Positions 12,479 through 25,178 of a DNA stretch of 49,923 bases are shown here, in pieces. The notes under the pieces were generated by a model. That model was given only the letters and a program-made list of their open reading frames with translations. It made no database searches and was not told where the DNA came from. Made by a program: the position numbers and the translations under genes. The number at the start of each line of letters is the position of its first letter. The stretch's first letter is position 1. The stretch is from Perkinsus olseni (Eukaryota). The DNA lies in assembly GCA_013115125.1 (NCBI GenBank), contig JABANN010000036.1, forward strand, positions 62,001 to 111,923. Direction: 5' to 3'.

Positions 12479-14806
12479 TTACACTGTCATACTACCACGA
12501 AGAATTGCAAGCAACATCTGCAGGCGCACGGACATGCAACGAATTGGGCTATCCCTGACCAGCAGCCGCGGCTGCCTCCCCCGCCTGCTGCTGCTGCTGC
12601 TGGAGCTTGGCGATCATCGCGGGGCCCTTCTCGTGAAAGTGGAAGTACTGTACCCCTCCGATCTGCCGATGCTTCGATTTATCCCGGCTCAGAATGTATC
12701 TGAGTAGTGAGCTCAAATCGAGGGAACGCCGGAGACGTACAGTCCCCAGGCAACGTAGAGAGCTCCGCAGATGATGAGACCGCCGCCTAGCATCCTATTA
12801 CGGCCACCCTGCCAGTTAGCCGTAGACAAGATAAGAGACCTGATAATGGAGGTGGAAACAACCCTGAAGCTCTGTTCTACCAAGACACACAGGTCACAAT
12901 AGAACGTATCCTACAGATTTCCCCTAGTCGCACGTTTTGGACAGCTGACCTACTTCGAGCCCCCAAACGATAAGGCATCCCAGACGCTCTGGACATAGAC
13001 AGTGATCTCGTCCCCAGGCTGCAGGGTCCGATCTATAACTCCCCACTTCTTCTGGAAGTCCGGCACAAGCGGTGTGACTGCCAAAGACCCAGGTTCAAAT
13101 CCCGGCCCGACCCTTTTACGTCCCCACTCATCCAGTTCTTGAAGTGAGCGTTCTCGAGGCCCCATCCAGCCGGATTCTCCCTGGTCTCGTGGCCCGGCAA
13201 TGACGAGCAAGGAGGATCGAAATTACAGCTTGGGGGATCTGCAACATTTGAGTAGCCCCCCAGGATGATGCCCGACCACCCCCCCCCCTTCCCGGTTACC
13301 GCTGGTAAAGTCGCAGTCTGCCATCTCCACGACGTTGCCGTCGAGGTCTGTAGTAGTGGTACCTACGGAAGGCCCATACTCAACAGTATCCCTTATGCAT
13401 ACGATAAACGCGCGAGATGGTATACGAGTTGATCGTCCACCGAGGAGAGCAAAAAGGACCTAGTCGAAAGTGTCTTCATATTCTAAGTGAAGATGATAGT
13501 CACTATCCTTCCCCTGCCGGACGTCTACTATGACGCACATTCTTTCACTAGCGGATGCCTTAAGACAATTAAGCGGCCCTACTACTGTACGTACGTGCAA
13601 CCCTAGTCGGTATTGGCACAGTGCTGCTATTGGCCGGCACACAAACTTGTGGAGGGAACTCCTCGAGCAGCCAAAAGTTGTGAGTTCTGAAAAATCAGGT
13701 ACTCCGGATCATCGGAAACAAGACAGACGACGAGGACCTCACCTGTAGAACTGTGAGGTCTGCACAAGATCCGCCAACTCCGGGTTTTTGGTAACCACCT
13801 GTGGTTTCGGAGTTACCCTCTCGGGGCTCTGGTCGACTTCTGAGTAACAGTCCATTCGAACTGGGCCGATGGTCTGGAGCCCACCCCTACTACCAAGCTC
13901 AGCGACGGCCCCAGTGGAGTTCTTAACGGAGAGGTAGAACGTGTCCTTGAACACTGAGCGTGCTATAAGACCACACGGGTAGAGCCTGATCCGACCGGTC
14001 ATAGCACTGGCTTCAGGGCAGATCATGTGCTCTTACACTCTCGTATCGACCTCACCGAACCTGGCCGGCTCATCGTCTGCTGTCCTCCAGTCCGTACACG
14101 AGTCTAGATCACCCTTGGCCATATTACTACCACCCTTCAGCTGGTCAGTGTTGACCGATGTGATGTACCTGAACAGGTCGAATCTTGACGAGCGAGGTCC
14201 CGTCACCCTACACTCGGTGATTTTGATAGACCTTCCCCAGACGGTAGTGGACGTAGACTGGCGCCTTCATCTCGTTCTGGACTATCGTTCTCATAGTAAC
14301 AACGCCGTTGGCGTCACCGGGTATGGAGGTGTAATCCAGCTCGATCTCTTGCACGGCGCTAATACCATAAATCCCCCACATCACCACGGTCAACCCCCTA
14401 TTACTTGGCTGAGATAAGCAAGGCAAGGCCGTACGCGATACAGATGCCCCCGAAAATGAAAACACAAGTGGCAGCCCGCACCACCGTCAACAACGGGACC
14501 GTCCCTGGTAGGGTCTGCTGGAGGACCTAATAGAAGAGGCTATCCATCCACTGCGATGAAGCGCCATTCTACATCGTGCTTGGCCTTCTCCCACCAGCTG
14601 ACTTGAGGCGTATCTTCGACCTCCTCCTGCTCAGGATCCTCAGCTAGGATATCTTCAGAAGGTTCATCAGGGGCCTCCGATGCAGCCGACATCCCCCAAA
14701 GATTCGCCTTGGGCAGGATATGCCTTCGACCTCGTGTCGAGGAGGCCTCGTGGTGTCCAATTATCGCAGCCTGGGACGGCCGGCGATGATGAGGCCCGTC
14801 GGACAT
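12479..14806 (-). CDS. CDC50: CDC50/LEM3 family P4-ATPase (phospholipid flippase) beta subunit, multi-exon
   Basis: EMKAPVYVHYRLGKVYQNHR, YPCGLIARSVFKDTF and VYVQSVWDALSFGGSK; TM segments near both ends. The 3' end is approximate. Confidence 0.9.
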
Positions 14807-14979
14807 TCTAATAGCACAACAGAATACAGTCCCTGGACGGAGGTCCTGGGGGTGTTCAAGAAACCCATCCAGAGACTCAGAATCGACCCTCGGGCCGTAT
14901 TTTACGTGTAAAAAATCAATTCCAGAGTCTAGTCTGAGTGTCCGAATTGGATGATGAAACTAGGGGCAGCTTCGCCTCT

Positions 14980-15026
14980 TAAACGCTAGTGACGAAGGAG
15001 ACGTAAGACTTGGCAGGAAAATGCGC
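14980..15026. promoter_or_regulatory. Second copy of the TAAACGCTAGT ... AAAATGCGC motif pair, upstream of CDC50
   Basis: Exact 11-mer and 9-mer matches to 1874-1884 and 1909-1917, with 27 versus 24 nt spacers. Confidence 0.45.
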
Positions 15027-15121
15027 CGCGAAATTGTCGCGCGCCACGAAATTCGCTGCCACTGTGAACTCAAGATCTGCCACGTGAACAGTAGAAACGT
15101 TAACGTGTTGGTAATCGGGCG

Positions 15122-17857
15122 TTAGACTCTCTTCTTCTTAGTTGACTTGCTTGCGGCTTTACGCTTGGGACGGGACACTTCCGCTGGGCGCTTCACACTG
15201 GGCTTGCTAGTCCCCTTCTTAGTCACCTTCGGCGGCGCCGTCTCGGGCTCCTTAGGGGCTTCTACCGCCTGCAAAAGACAATGGTCAACCTAAGATACAC
15301 TGGGAAGAGTCTTACCGGCTCCATCACAGCAGGAGGGACCGCTACCGCCGATTCAGCTAGGGCGGGGGCGCCTTGGGCGGCACTGCCGCGGCTGCCGTCT
15401 TCCTTGTACAGAGTGAAGGCCACATTCTGCCACTTGTCTCTCTGAACGTTAAGAAGGGAAGTCCGACGTACGCGCTGAGTGATGCACTTAATGATGATGG
15501 TTATAAGGAGACGTCCGAAAGCGCGTCAGCTGGCATCCCACTGTAAGACGGTTTCGAACCTTTCGAAACATGGATGGAAAACGGGCTTACCATCTGATTG
15601 GCCTTGGCGACGGATTCATCGCAGGCGGGGGAGGCAAATACGTCTTCTAGCAGGCCGTGAGTGAGGCAAGACACGGGAGACTGTTGCCTCTCCCTTTGCA
15701 AGTCGATTTCGAAGACATCCCCAATCGGCACGGGCTTCTTCGGCTCGACCTTTCGTGAGGGGAGGGGCAAAGCTTCGAGATCGTCCACCGGAGTGAGAAC
15801 CCGCTGGAGCGCTTGGAAGCGAGGGGCGACAAAGCCGGTCGAATGTCGCATCAGATCCACTCGGGAGAGCATCGTGAGCCCGCAAGGCGGCTGTAGACTC
15901 AGCTGAGCCGTGGAGACCTGAGAGCCTGGCCTCTCTCGATAAGTGCACAATAAGGGCTGTCACCTGTTTGATCGTCTGACCGCTGAAGACGTCCCAAATG
16001 CGCAGACCGTCGGCAGCAACGCTCACCACTCTGCTACCGTCGATACCTGAAAGGGGCCGACCACCGAGGCTGTTTCAAACTATCGCCTTGTCGTTCCTTG
16101 CGTATGCGGTTATGCACAACTGGTTTCTTTCCGAAAGTGCGACAAGGAGTAATTCCTGCGAGGTTGAGATGACTACTGCTACGCACCGCGTCCGTGTGCA
16201 TGCGTGCAGAGTAGTCCGGGCATCAGCTATATTCCACGTCCACCTCACAAGCTCCCTTTGGCCCCGTGTTCCACGTATGCTACAACAACGAGCGGAAGAT
16301 ACGGCACTTACTGCATCCCAGACCGAGTAGGCCCGACTGATGGGAGCCTGTGAGGACTGTCATCTCCTTGCTCTCCACATCGATAACCTACGATCAGGGC
16401 ATGCTGCCGTACCAATACCGGGGTGCTCTCTTACATGCACTCTGCCGTCGTCTCCTCCCGCATAGAGGGGACCTCGAGGACTCAGAGCGATGTGCTTAAC
16501 AGGAGTAGGGAGGTTAAACGTAGCAACCTGACGACCGCTGCCGCCGGGCGTGAACTCCCACACCTTCACGCTGCCGTCAGCGGAGCCCGAAGTGATGAGG
16601 ATCCTGAATTAGGAGAATGGCCAACTGGTCAATGCCTCCCTCGCCGGTTTTTGAACGGTCTTTCGTATCCTCCTGTGCACGAGGACGACCCCGATTTTTT
16701 TCACGCGCACAACTTGTGCGGCACAAGAGTGCCTCGATGGCAAGTCTCCATCCGTGACCGAACGTTCAGACATTTGACACGCTCAGAACGGATACACCTA
16801 TGCCACGACTTGAACTCACTTGGATGGCTCTGAGAGGTGGCCTGCAGGCACAGCCTCTTGTAGAATCTCCAATGCATTGACCGGCAAGGTGTGGCCGCGG
16901 AAAACGCGGGCAGGGGACGGGGCACCACCTACAGGGCAGCGCGTTGAGAGCTAGCGATAGTCAGACCGGTAGCTCACCTCCACCTCCACCGGAGGTCAGC
17001 AGACTCGACAATGTGAACACCTGCCACCGAGCACTACGCGTTGACGCAGCCGCCGCACGGGTGACAAGTGGGCACGAAATCACGGGAAAGATTCCGACGG
17101 GTGGATTTTCACATAGGGGCGTACAATAAAACACAGCGATTCAGAATCAGTTTTGTACGAGTAGAAACGCCTACCTTCACCGTAGTGTCTTGGCTGGCCG
17201 TGATCAGGTAGGAAGCGTCAGCCGTCAGTCGCATTTGGGTGACTCCCGAGTAGTGAGCCTTCCAGGTTCGAAGCAGACGGCCCGTGCTCCTGCAGAAGGG
17301 AAGAGCCGCTATGGTGGTTAAACGCTGCACAAGTCGCCTACAGCTGCCACATGTATACCGTCCCAGAGACCCCGCCACCGATCAATAGCTGAGCTCGCCC
17401 TTGAGTGAACAGAATACTGCTGAGCTTCTGAGGGTAGGGATGACGGTAAAAGATGAGTCCCCACCGGAATGGTCGGATCACCTCAGGCGTAGAGCACTTG
17501 TAGCAAGGGTTCGAGGACATCCCTCTGAGTGCATCATCCTCCTCGTCATCACCACCGCTGTCTACCATCTTCCAGTAGTGTAACAGGCCCTTGTTGCTCT
17601 GTGCTGCACACACGTAGCCGTCGGCGGTAGGGACCACAGCAGCCGACGAGGAATCCTACAGTGGACGTCTCAGCCCCACGCTCGGCCGATAAAAAATGAG
17701 GGCTCACGGTGGCAAGAGGCGACAGATCAAGGATCGGTGGTCATGAGCGTACGGATAAGCTCACCTTCATTTGCCTCACAATAGCACCAGTATGCACGTC
17801 AATGACGAAGATGCCACTCCCGCTGCCCGTGGTGGGCACCAAGGCAACATCCAGCAT
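15122..17857 (-). CDS. WDR18: WD40 pre-rRNA processing protein, WDR18/Ipi3-like
   Basis: LLIGGGVSGTVYMWQLSTGRLLRTWKAHYSGVTQMRLTADASYLITASQD, FRGHTLPVNAL and SGSADGSVKVW; basic C-terminus KSTKKKRV. Confidence 0.8.
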
Positions 17858-18370
17858 CCCGAGGTGTCGACCGCTGCTGCTACTGCTGCTACTGCCGTGT
17901 GGTGGCATACTGGGGAAAGGCGGACAAGACAACCCTAGTAGTCACGCGCGGATAATGGAGGCATACTGGCATACCCGAAAGCTCACGATCAACATCTACG
18001 GGCCAGCCACAGTGTCGGAACGAAAACGCACCAGCGTGGCCGCTGGACGTTACGGAAGAGTGGCTAAAATGTTGAACTGTGCTCTGATGATCAGATGGCG
18101 ACTGATCAATGAAGATTTCCAAAACCAGGAGACGACTGCTCCTCGCGAAAACGGAGACCAACGCGGTGAAGTACGAGCCAGAGCCGTAAGGCAACGACCC
18201 ACACATTCTACAGCCTCAACAACCAGCCTGCATGGACAATAGGGAACAAACGCTGAATGCAACAGCAACAACCGCAGTGAGTGCAGGAAGAAACCATACA
18301 CAATGAGAGAAACGTCGCGGGTTGCTGTTGTTGGTACGTAGTAGCGGTGAATTGAGACGACACCACAGGC

Positions 18371-21300
18371 TCACGAGCTGCGGAATGCTCGGCTGCCCAT
18401 GACGCTGAGCAGGACCTGACGAGCACAGGGAGGTCCCCAACAGGGACCGAAAGCTATCCTACTCTGTTCGCCAATGTGTCCTCCATCTCGAATTCATCAT
18501 CATCGTAATCGGGCTCGTCCCAGTGATTGGTCGAGGAGTCACCAGCCACCAGCGTAGCGGGAGGCAGCAGAGGGATGGAGCTGTCGTAACTGAAGCATAG
18601 ATAGGCTCGAGGGTGGGGAGAACAAGATGGTTCCGTGGACAGAAAATCCTATAAAAATGAGAACAGAAAAATGACGTCTGTCGTGACTCAATAAGCGAGG
18701 CATTCAGTATCACCATCACGTATACACGAGAAATATATATGAGATTAACCATTAAAAAACAGCCAGTCCAACGGTCCTGACTACTAGGAGTCTCCTAGTA
18801 GTCAGGACCGGTGGACCTGAAGTCTCCTAGTAGGAGATAACCCCGATCAATACAAAAGCGACAGCATCGCTCTCGGCTACTTACAGTTCATCCTCATCAA
18901 CGGATGTCAACCTCTGTCGCTTCGGTGACGGCTCCTCCAGGCTTGATTCCCGTCGCGAACGGGGAACATCAGGCACGTGACGGGGGTGGAAGGCGGGCGA
19001 GGGCCTAACAGAAAGGAACATACGACGAGACACTCCAGCACCACAGGGTCCCTCGACAAGTGGCCGGTAAGGGAGAAGGCAGACTGTGGTGGGCGAATGC
19101 ACATGTGGAGTCCGATGCATGAGGAAAGCCTTACTCGATAAGGGAAAACAGCAGTTTGTGTCGAGAGACGTGGCGAATGTACCATGTACAGCACGATGAA
19201 AGCATCATGTGCAGTCGATCGACGAGCGAGAAAGCAAGTTCGCCTTGCCAAGTCATGCAGCAGTCTGGTCACTTACGTCACAACAATGGCCGGCCGGTCA
19301 TGCCCTTCCCTTCCCGAACCGTGATCCTGAGGAGAGAGTCGAGATACGGAACCGACACGGTAGGGATTGTCGTACTGCACTAGCCGGTGGATGCAAGGTG
19401 TTAGCGAAGCCCGCCTTCCGAAGTCGCGGCATGGCAACCCTCGCATGAGGATTATAGGTAATCTCCTCGTCTGTAGCGCTCGACGAGTATCCACCTGAAA
19501 AAGGGTTATTCTATTCTCTCCGATATGCAGTCAGCCCACCGTGTTCAATCTCCCCCGCCAGACTGATCTCGGAAGCGTCGGATGCCCCCGAGGCTGCGTC
19601 ATCATCAGCATCACTCGACACTGGATCCTTCCACATGAAAGTGAGCAGCTCCTCAGCCGCCTTCTCCTTGGGCAGGCCCAGAGCTCCAGCGGGCAGCATG
19701 TCCAATACGGCAGTTTTCACGGTCTCATCTTCAACCTCGGGTACGTCACTCCAGTCTCGATAGATCTCCGTGATGAAGCCTTGGGAGTGTCGAAGGTTGT
19801 AGGGTTCGAACGGATAGACCGGCTGAAGTCGCTGCGCCAAGTTGATCGATCCAGGAGCCACCGGCATCGAGCTTCGACGTTGGGCCATGACCTTCCTCTC
19901 GAACTCCTTCCAATTGAGATTCTGAAAGTTGAACTCGCTGGCCTCCCTGAAACAGAATAAATTTCAAACAGGAAACTTCCACCTGGCCGAGCCTTACGGA
20001 TCTGGGCTGGGAGGCACACCGTCTACTGGCTGACCACGATTCATCGAGGCATACTGATGGGCCAGAGCTTCCATAATGAGGACCCCTAGGGGCTGTGCGC
20101 TTGGGACCGTCGCCTGTATAACTAATGTGCCGGCTGGGTTACAGAAGTGCGGCTCACCACTGTCCTTGCCAGTTGCTGGAGCAACGGGGGCGCCACGAAA
20201 TCGAGGAGTTTGGGCTGAACCGACAAGGTGTAGACCAGGGACTTGTGGGACTCCTTGTCAAAGATGCCGTCCAAAAAGTCGGAACCTGCTGGATCACAAA
20301 ATCTTTCCTGTGCGCAAGATATCTATCTACACTCACCCCCTTCCGACGCCCAGGCCTGCAGCTTCCAGCAAAGCATGTAACATATCTGACCAACAATGGC
20401 GATCCGAATGAAGGTCAGGCGGGCGACCCATCCCCTACGCTCTGGACGACCACTACGATGAGGACGCAGGTGTCGAAGTTGAGCGGCTCCTCTTGTTGCT
20501 GGACGAACTCCAACCTGAACATCCACAAGAACGAGTCACACGGGGGCCCAACCGACCGTGGAATAACCACAACGGTTGCCAGCATTCAGCCACCTACATG
20601 AACTTAAGAGTCTGTTGACTGTACGAGCCTGGAAGGAATGTCGCCCGACAGCAGAAGTTGCCAAGATACTCGCCGCACCTGTCATAGACTGGCATAGCGC
20701 AGGCATCAGAGTGGTCGAAACGTACAAGCGCCGTCTAAAGTCATCTCGCATGCTGCCGTTAGCACCCTCCAGATGCGGTCGCTTGTCCTCATTTCGAAGG
20801 CTCACGGAGCGAGTTTCGGTAGGGCTGGATGCTTCTTGGGTCGGGACCTCCTCTTCCCCATCCTCGGTAGTCTCGCCATAGAGCCTCTTGAGGAGTATGC
20901 AAATAAAAGCTTCAGCATACTTGATATGCAGAGAGGAGACGTAGTAACTGAGGACCACGGGGAGGTGCTGCTGCTGCTGCACTGTAGCAAGAAGGCACAA
21001 CCAAGAGACTTGGTCCAAGACCGCTCAGTATTCGACAACTCTCCACTTACTACTACGGACTGCTCCAAGAGTAGACTCTGATCGATTCTGTGGCATCTAT
21101 CTACATGCACTGTTCGTGCGAGTGCTCCCACACACAGGTCAGTAGTCAGGACGCGGGCGCAAGAAGGCAGCTGTCGCTTGCAGCGAGAATAATAATGCTT
21201 CATACCGACCCTTCCCCAAATCACCGCCGGCTTCCCTCGCCTTACGCCAAATACTGGACATATTTCGTCTTGTGCGTCCTCAACACCACATCCTCGAAGT

Positions 21301-23799
21301 GCCCAAGTACGTATGATACCAGCCGGTTGTCTTCGCCACTCGGCAGCTCTCCAGCCGCTGCATCCCCGCCGGACACGCTCAAGGTGTCCCGGAAAAACCT
21401 AGGAAAAAGCAACCGGCATTCACGGAGCTTCGCAGCCCTCTTGGGCGCGCACACCGAGATGTCGACAAAATAACCCCATTCTTCATCGCATCACCGTTGG
21501 CTTTTGTACCATCGACGTAGTCCACCTGCGCCTCAGAGTATTCCAACTTTCCGAGTTCAGGCAATGAGTTAAACAATACCGGCTGTACGAGTGCCAACAC
21601 ACGACCCTCCTCCCTGTATCTGCCGGAGGACCTACCGGAAGCACTCAGTCATGAGTGCATCAAGACGCTGGGCCATGAGGTCCATGTCCTCCTCCGAACG
21701 AGGGTTATCAGCCGCTACACAAGGAGCGGCATGCTTCAGCTACGTCTTTACAGCAGCAACTTGGGCTTACCCTCGGTGAATGCGATATCGCCGTCGCTGT
21801 CGGTCTGGGTCTCGAGGTCCATCTCACAGAGCCGCTCGAACAGGGCAGTCAGGATCTACAAAGGGACGACCCTTCGTTGATTTTCCAGCGATTGCAGCTG
21901 GCGCGAAGAAGCCTCCATACGGATCGGATAGAACAGCACGGTGCATCCGCGCCTACTGTCACAGTACCACGTGACACTACCACAGTGGATATCAGCAAGG
22001 ACTTCTACGCACTGAGGAGATGATCAAACCCCTCGTGCATCGCTCTACTCATCGCTAGGGGATCACGCATGAGTCGGAACTTGATGCAGTTGGTCGGCTG
22101 TGGCAGATTTTCATAATTGCGGATAGGAGATCGAGTTCAAACGAGAGGCTTCGTTAAATCCGTAAGATCGTCGTCATTACATTCTTATGTATCAAGTGCG
22201 GCCTCTTGGCCTTCTTGCACACCTTGAAGCAAAACCGAGTGTACCTTAGAGAACCTTACATCAACAGATTCCAACCCCTCCAGACGGCAACTCACATCCT
22301 CAGCGTATCCAGCGGTTTCATCCTGAACGGCATCTTCTTGGCAACAAGCTGACCCATGTTGATCTCGACTCGGGGTACTGAGGATCCCGCAACCTCTACC
22401 AGGCAGTCGGTGATGAGGTCCAAAGCCTCGGTGGTCGGCAGGGGAAACTGAGCCGAGCAGAATCAGAGAGATACTCCAAGGACGATAGTCACTGCGAGCA
22501 CTGTCCTCATGGGAGCGATGGACTCACCTGCTGAACGCACTGCACGTAGGAGAAGTCCTCAGCCGACATGTCGGACTTCCACTGGACGAAGAACGATCGA
22601 CAGTCGTGGTCCTCTGAGAAGGAAAGGAGCGCGTCGTCGCTACAAGAATGCAGTCGGTCCGCAATCAGACTATCCAGACCGGTTCCCGACGCTCGCAGCC
22701 GCGTCGAGGATGCCTTAGGAGGACAGAGTGGCTATCCCGGACCGACAATTCAATTTGAAATATGTGCCATGTTCGAGTAAAGCGTGAATGATATCGCCAC
22801 TGGGATTCGAACCTCCCCCAGCCCGTCCTCTCCCATTACCATTGTAGCCCACAAAGACCACGTTAACAGCGTCCACGACTTCCTGTAGCTCCAAGGGCTC
22901 CCCTCGCGGTGGCTCCCCCAAATGATTGGTAATTTTACGAGGGTGATACCGCAAGAGCTGCAGCATGATATTCTGGTCATCATCAGACAACAGTTCGTTG
23001 ACATCATATTCTTTCAGCATCTGTCGGCAGCGGGCACGGACCTGATCGGCGGCTCAATCAGATTCGCCTTGGTTGTCCACTAGACGCTCCCTCTCGAGTT
23101 CTCAGGAAGCTGTCAGAAGGTCAGGAGAGGTCTGTTCAGCGCCCTCAGTGATTCAGCCTAAGGCCATCAGCCACTTCCTCTATTCAGTATCCACTACTCC
23201 GGAGAATCGGTGCGGATCGAAACCCGCGCGCATTACCGCAGCCAAATCGGGAAAGGTTGCCTTCCCCAGCACCACTCGAACCTTCGCCGTCCTCTTAGCG
23301 CTACCCTCGACAGTAGGATCCACCAATAGGATAGCTTCATTGATCAACGCTGCTATCACCTAGTGAAGGGAGGGGCAGTCGAGGGGCCATCTGCTGCTAG
23401 GAAAAAGGGACTACGTCTGTAGCGTGCTGGATGCCGACCGAGGCCCCCGCCACCAACAGGTCCTTCAGAAGCTGTCTATTTCGGGCACCAATCGTTGCCC
23501 TGAACCGAGTCTTGATCAGAGGAATCTTATGAGAGCGGCTCACGATGGTGACAGCCAGGGGAACTGCGTTATGAGGGTCTTCAAGACCTCCTTGCTTCCC
23601 CGTTGCACAGCGCCCTTCACTTTACCGCTCGACAGGACCTGCCGTAACACTACCACAGGACGACGAGGACCGCTACAACTACCTTCTCCAAATCGAATGG
23701 GCCCGCCTGGTCGTTCGACAGCGCCTCGAAGATATCCTCCAGCTCCGATACGGCCGAGGCGGCAGCAGCTGTTGCCGAAGAGCTCCGACGAGCGTCCAT
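18371..23799 (-). CDS. RRN3: RNA polymerase I initiation factor RRN3/TIF-IA with an internal DCL (DUF3223)-like domain
   Basis: KKMPFRMKPLDTL (RRN3 EKFPF..K), FEDVVLRTHKTKYVQYL (F...LLPTH....VQF) and YPFEPYNLRHSQGFITEIYRDW (FPFDP..L..S..FI..IY..W). The last two exons (18371-18589) splice in frame. Start at 23799 is inferred. Confidence 0.82.
18766..18816. repeat. Near-perfect palindrome (19-bp perfect arms, 1-nt loop, extendable to 25 bp) inside the 295-nt RRN3 intron 18590-18884
   Basis: cggtcctgactactaggag-t-ctcctagtagtcaggaccg at 18772-18810, flanked by gtcca/tggac; a second small hairpin tctccta-g-taggaga lies at 18823-18837. Confidence 0.9.
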
Positions 23800-24039
23800 T
23801 AGGAAACAAAAAGGCTGCATTGATGATACCAACCCTTCTTGACTACCGACAAGCCCACCACTTCCGAGGTGCTCGCCCGAAGCGATTGAAAGCGAGCCTT
23901 CTCCCGACGGCCTCCCTTACAAACCAACTGCTGCAGTATCCCAAGGCTGCCCCACTCGAACTCAATAGGACCATGACGGTTGTTGCGAGGTTGCCCTTCG
24001 CTGTTACATCTCCACATGCTGACACTCAGCTTGCACACT

Positions 24040-24750
24040 AGGCAAGCATAACAACAAGAACAACTGACGCTACGCCGATCATGCCGAACCATCGCTACCA
24101 CACTTCCTCTTAATCTTATCGAACGAAGCCTGAGGAGTTGAAATCTGCCCAAATTCGCCAATGCTAGGCGACGGACTACCTCGAGTTGCTGGTAGATCTG
24201 CGAGGTCGGGATTGATGCGTACTGGTCCCCACGGTGGAACTTGTTGTAAACGTCGTTGCAGCCATGGGCATCCTCAACGCCTAAAGAAAGAGACTCATCT
24301 TCGACTGCGGTAATTCTATTAATATTGCCATTACGTAGTAGGTATTCCTTCATCACAGAATATCCCTCGACGCCCGCCATGCGCACAGCACGATTACCGC
24401 ACTTCATAGTAACGCCCTCATAGACACCATCGCCAACTCTATTGAAAACAACATGAACGCCAAAGACCTCGGCATAGCACGAGTCTTCGTTAGCCTGAGC
24501 CGGAAGGATAAGAGGAATTCTAAATGGCTACTGTTCACCCTAGGAGCAGCTTCGGCTTCGAGTATCTTGTGTGACCCCTCGGGCCTTCTAACGTTGAGTC
24601 CGCCGTAAGAATAGCAGCCACCAACGAATAGACTGATGATAATGAAAAGGCCAATTGCGGAGCTTCCGGCAACGCCCTTGAGCTTTCACCTTATCATGGC
24701 CATGCTGATGTAAATCAGCAAAGTTACGGTACGAGGTCTGGTGATGGTCA
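24040..24750 (-). CDS. Hypothetical protein, exon structure unresolved
   Basis: Open reading ANEDSCYAEVFGVHVVFNRVGDGVYEGVTMKCGNRAV... preceded by short GT-AG introns; no recognisable family. Confidence 0.4.
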
Positions 24751-25178
24751 TTACGATAATGGATGCTAATGAACTGGTGATAACACCAATTAAACGGCTC
24801 TATTCAGTTCAACCATCGCGCCCATCACTAGAAGGATACCAGCTGCGTATCCTGTATGCTCAGCGAGCCCGAATGACGTGAAATCTCCCTGTGAGTACGA
24901 GCCGGGCTTCTGATACCGAGTGCGCTGGTCGAAAGCTCGCTGGGAGACGTCACGGAGAGCACAGTGCGGCTGCTTCCCTTAACATCCTTCTCCTGATCCA
25001 AAGAACGCGCCTTATAGTACCGGACGCTGCCTCCACAACTATCTCGAGCTCTATTACGACGGCAGCTGTAGCCGGCGAGCAACCGCGACAAGCAACCATT
25101 ACGGGAATGAAAACGCTGATAATGATGCTACCCGCCCGTCCCGGTACTTCTCAGCAACTCAACAACATCGAAACATCA

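Noticed and set aside
22790-22830. GGTTCGAATCC (tRNA T-loop/B-box-like) on the minus strand
   Set aside because: The T-stem does not pair beyond 2 bp and there is no cloverleaf; it coincides with a probable exon/intron junction of RRN3.
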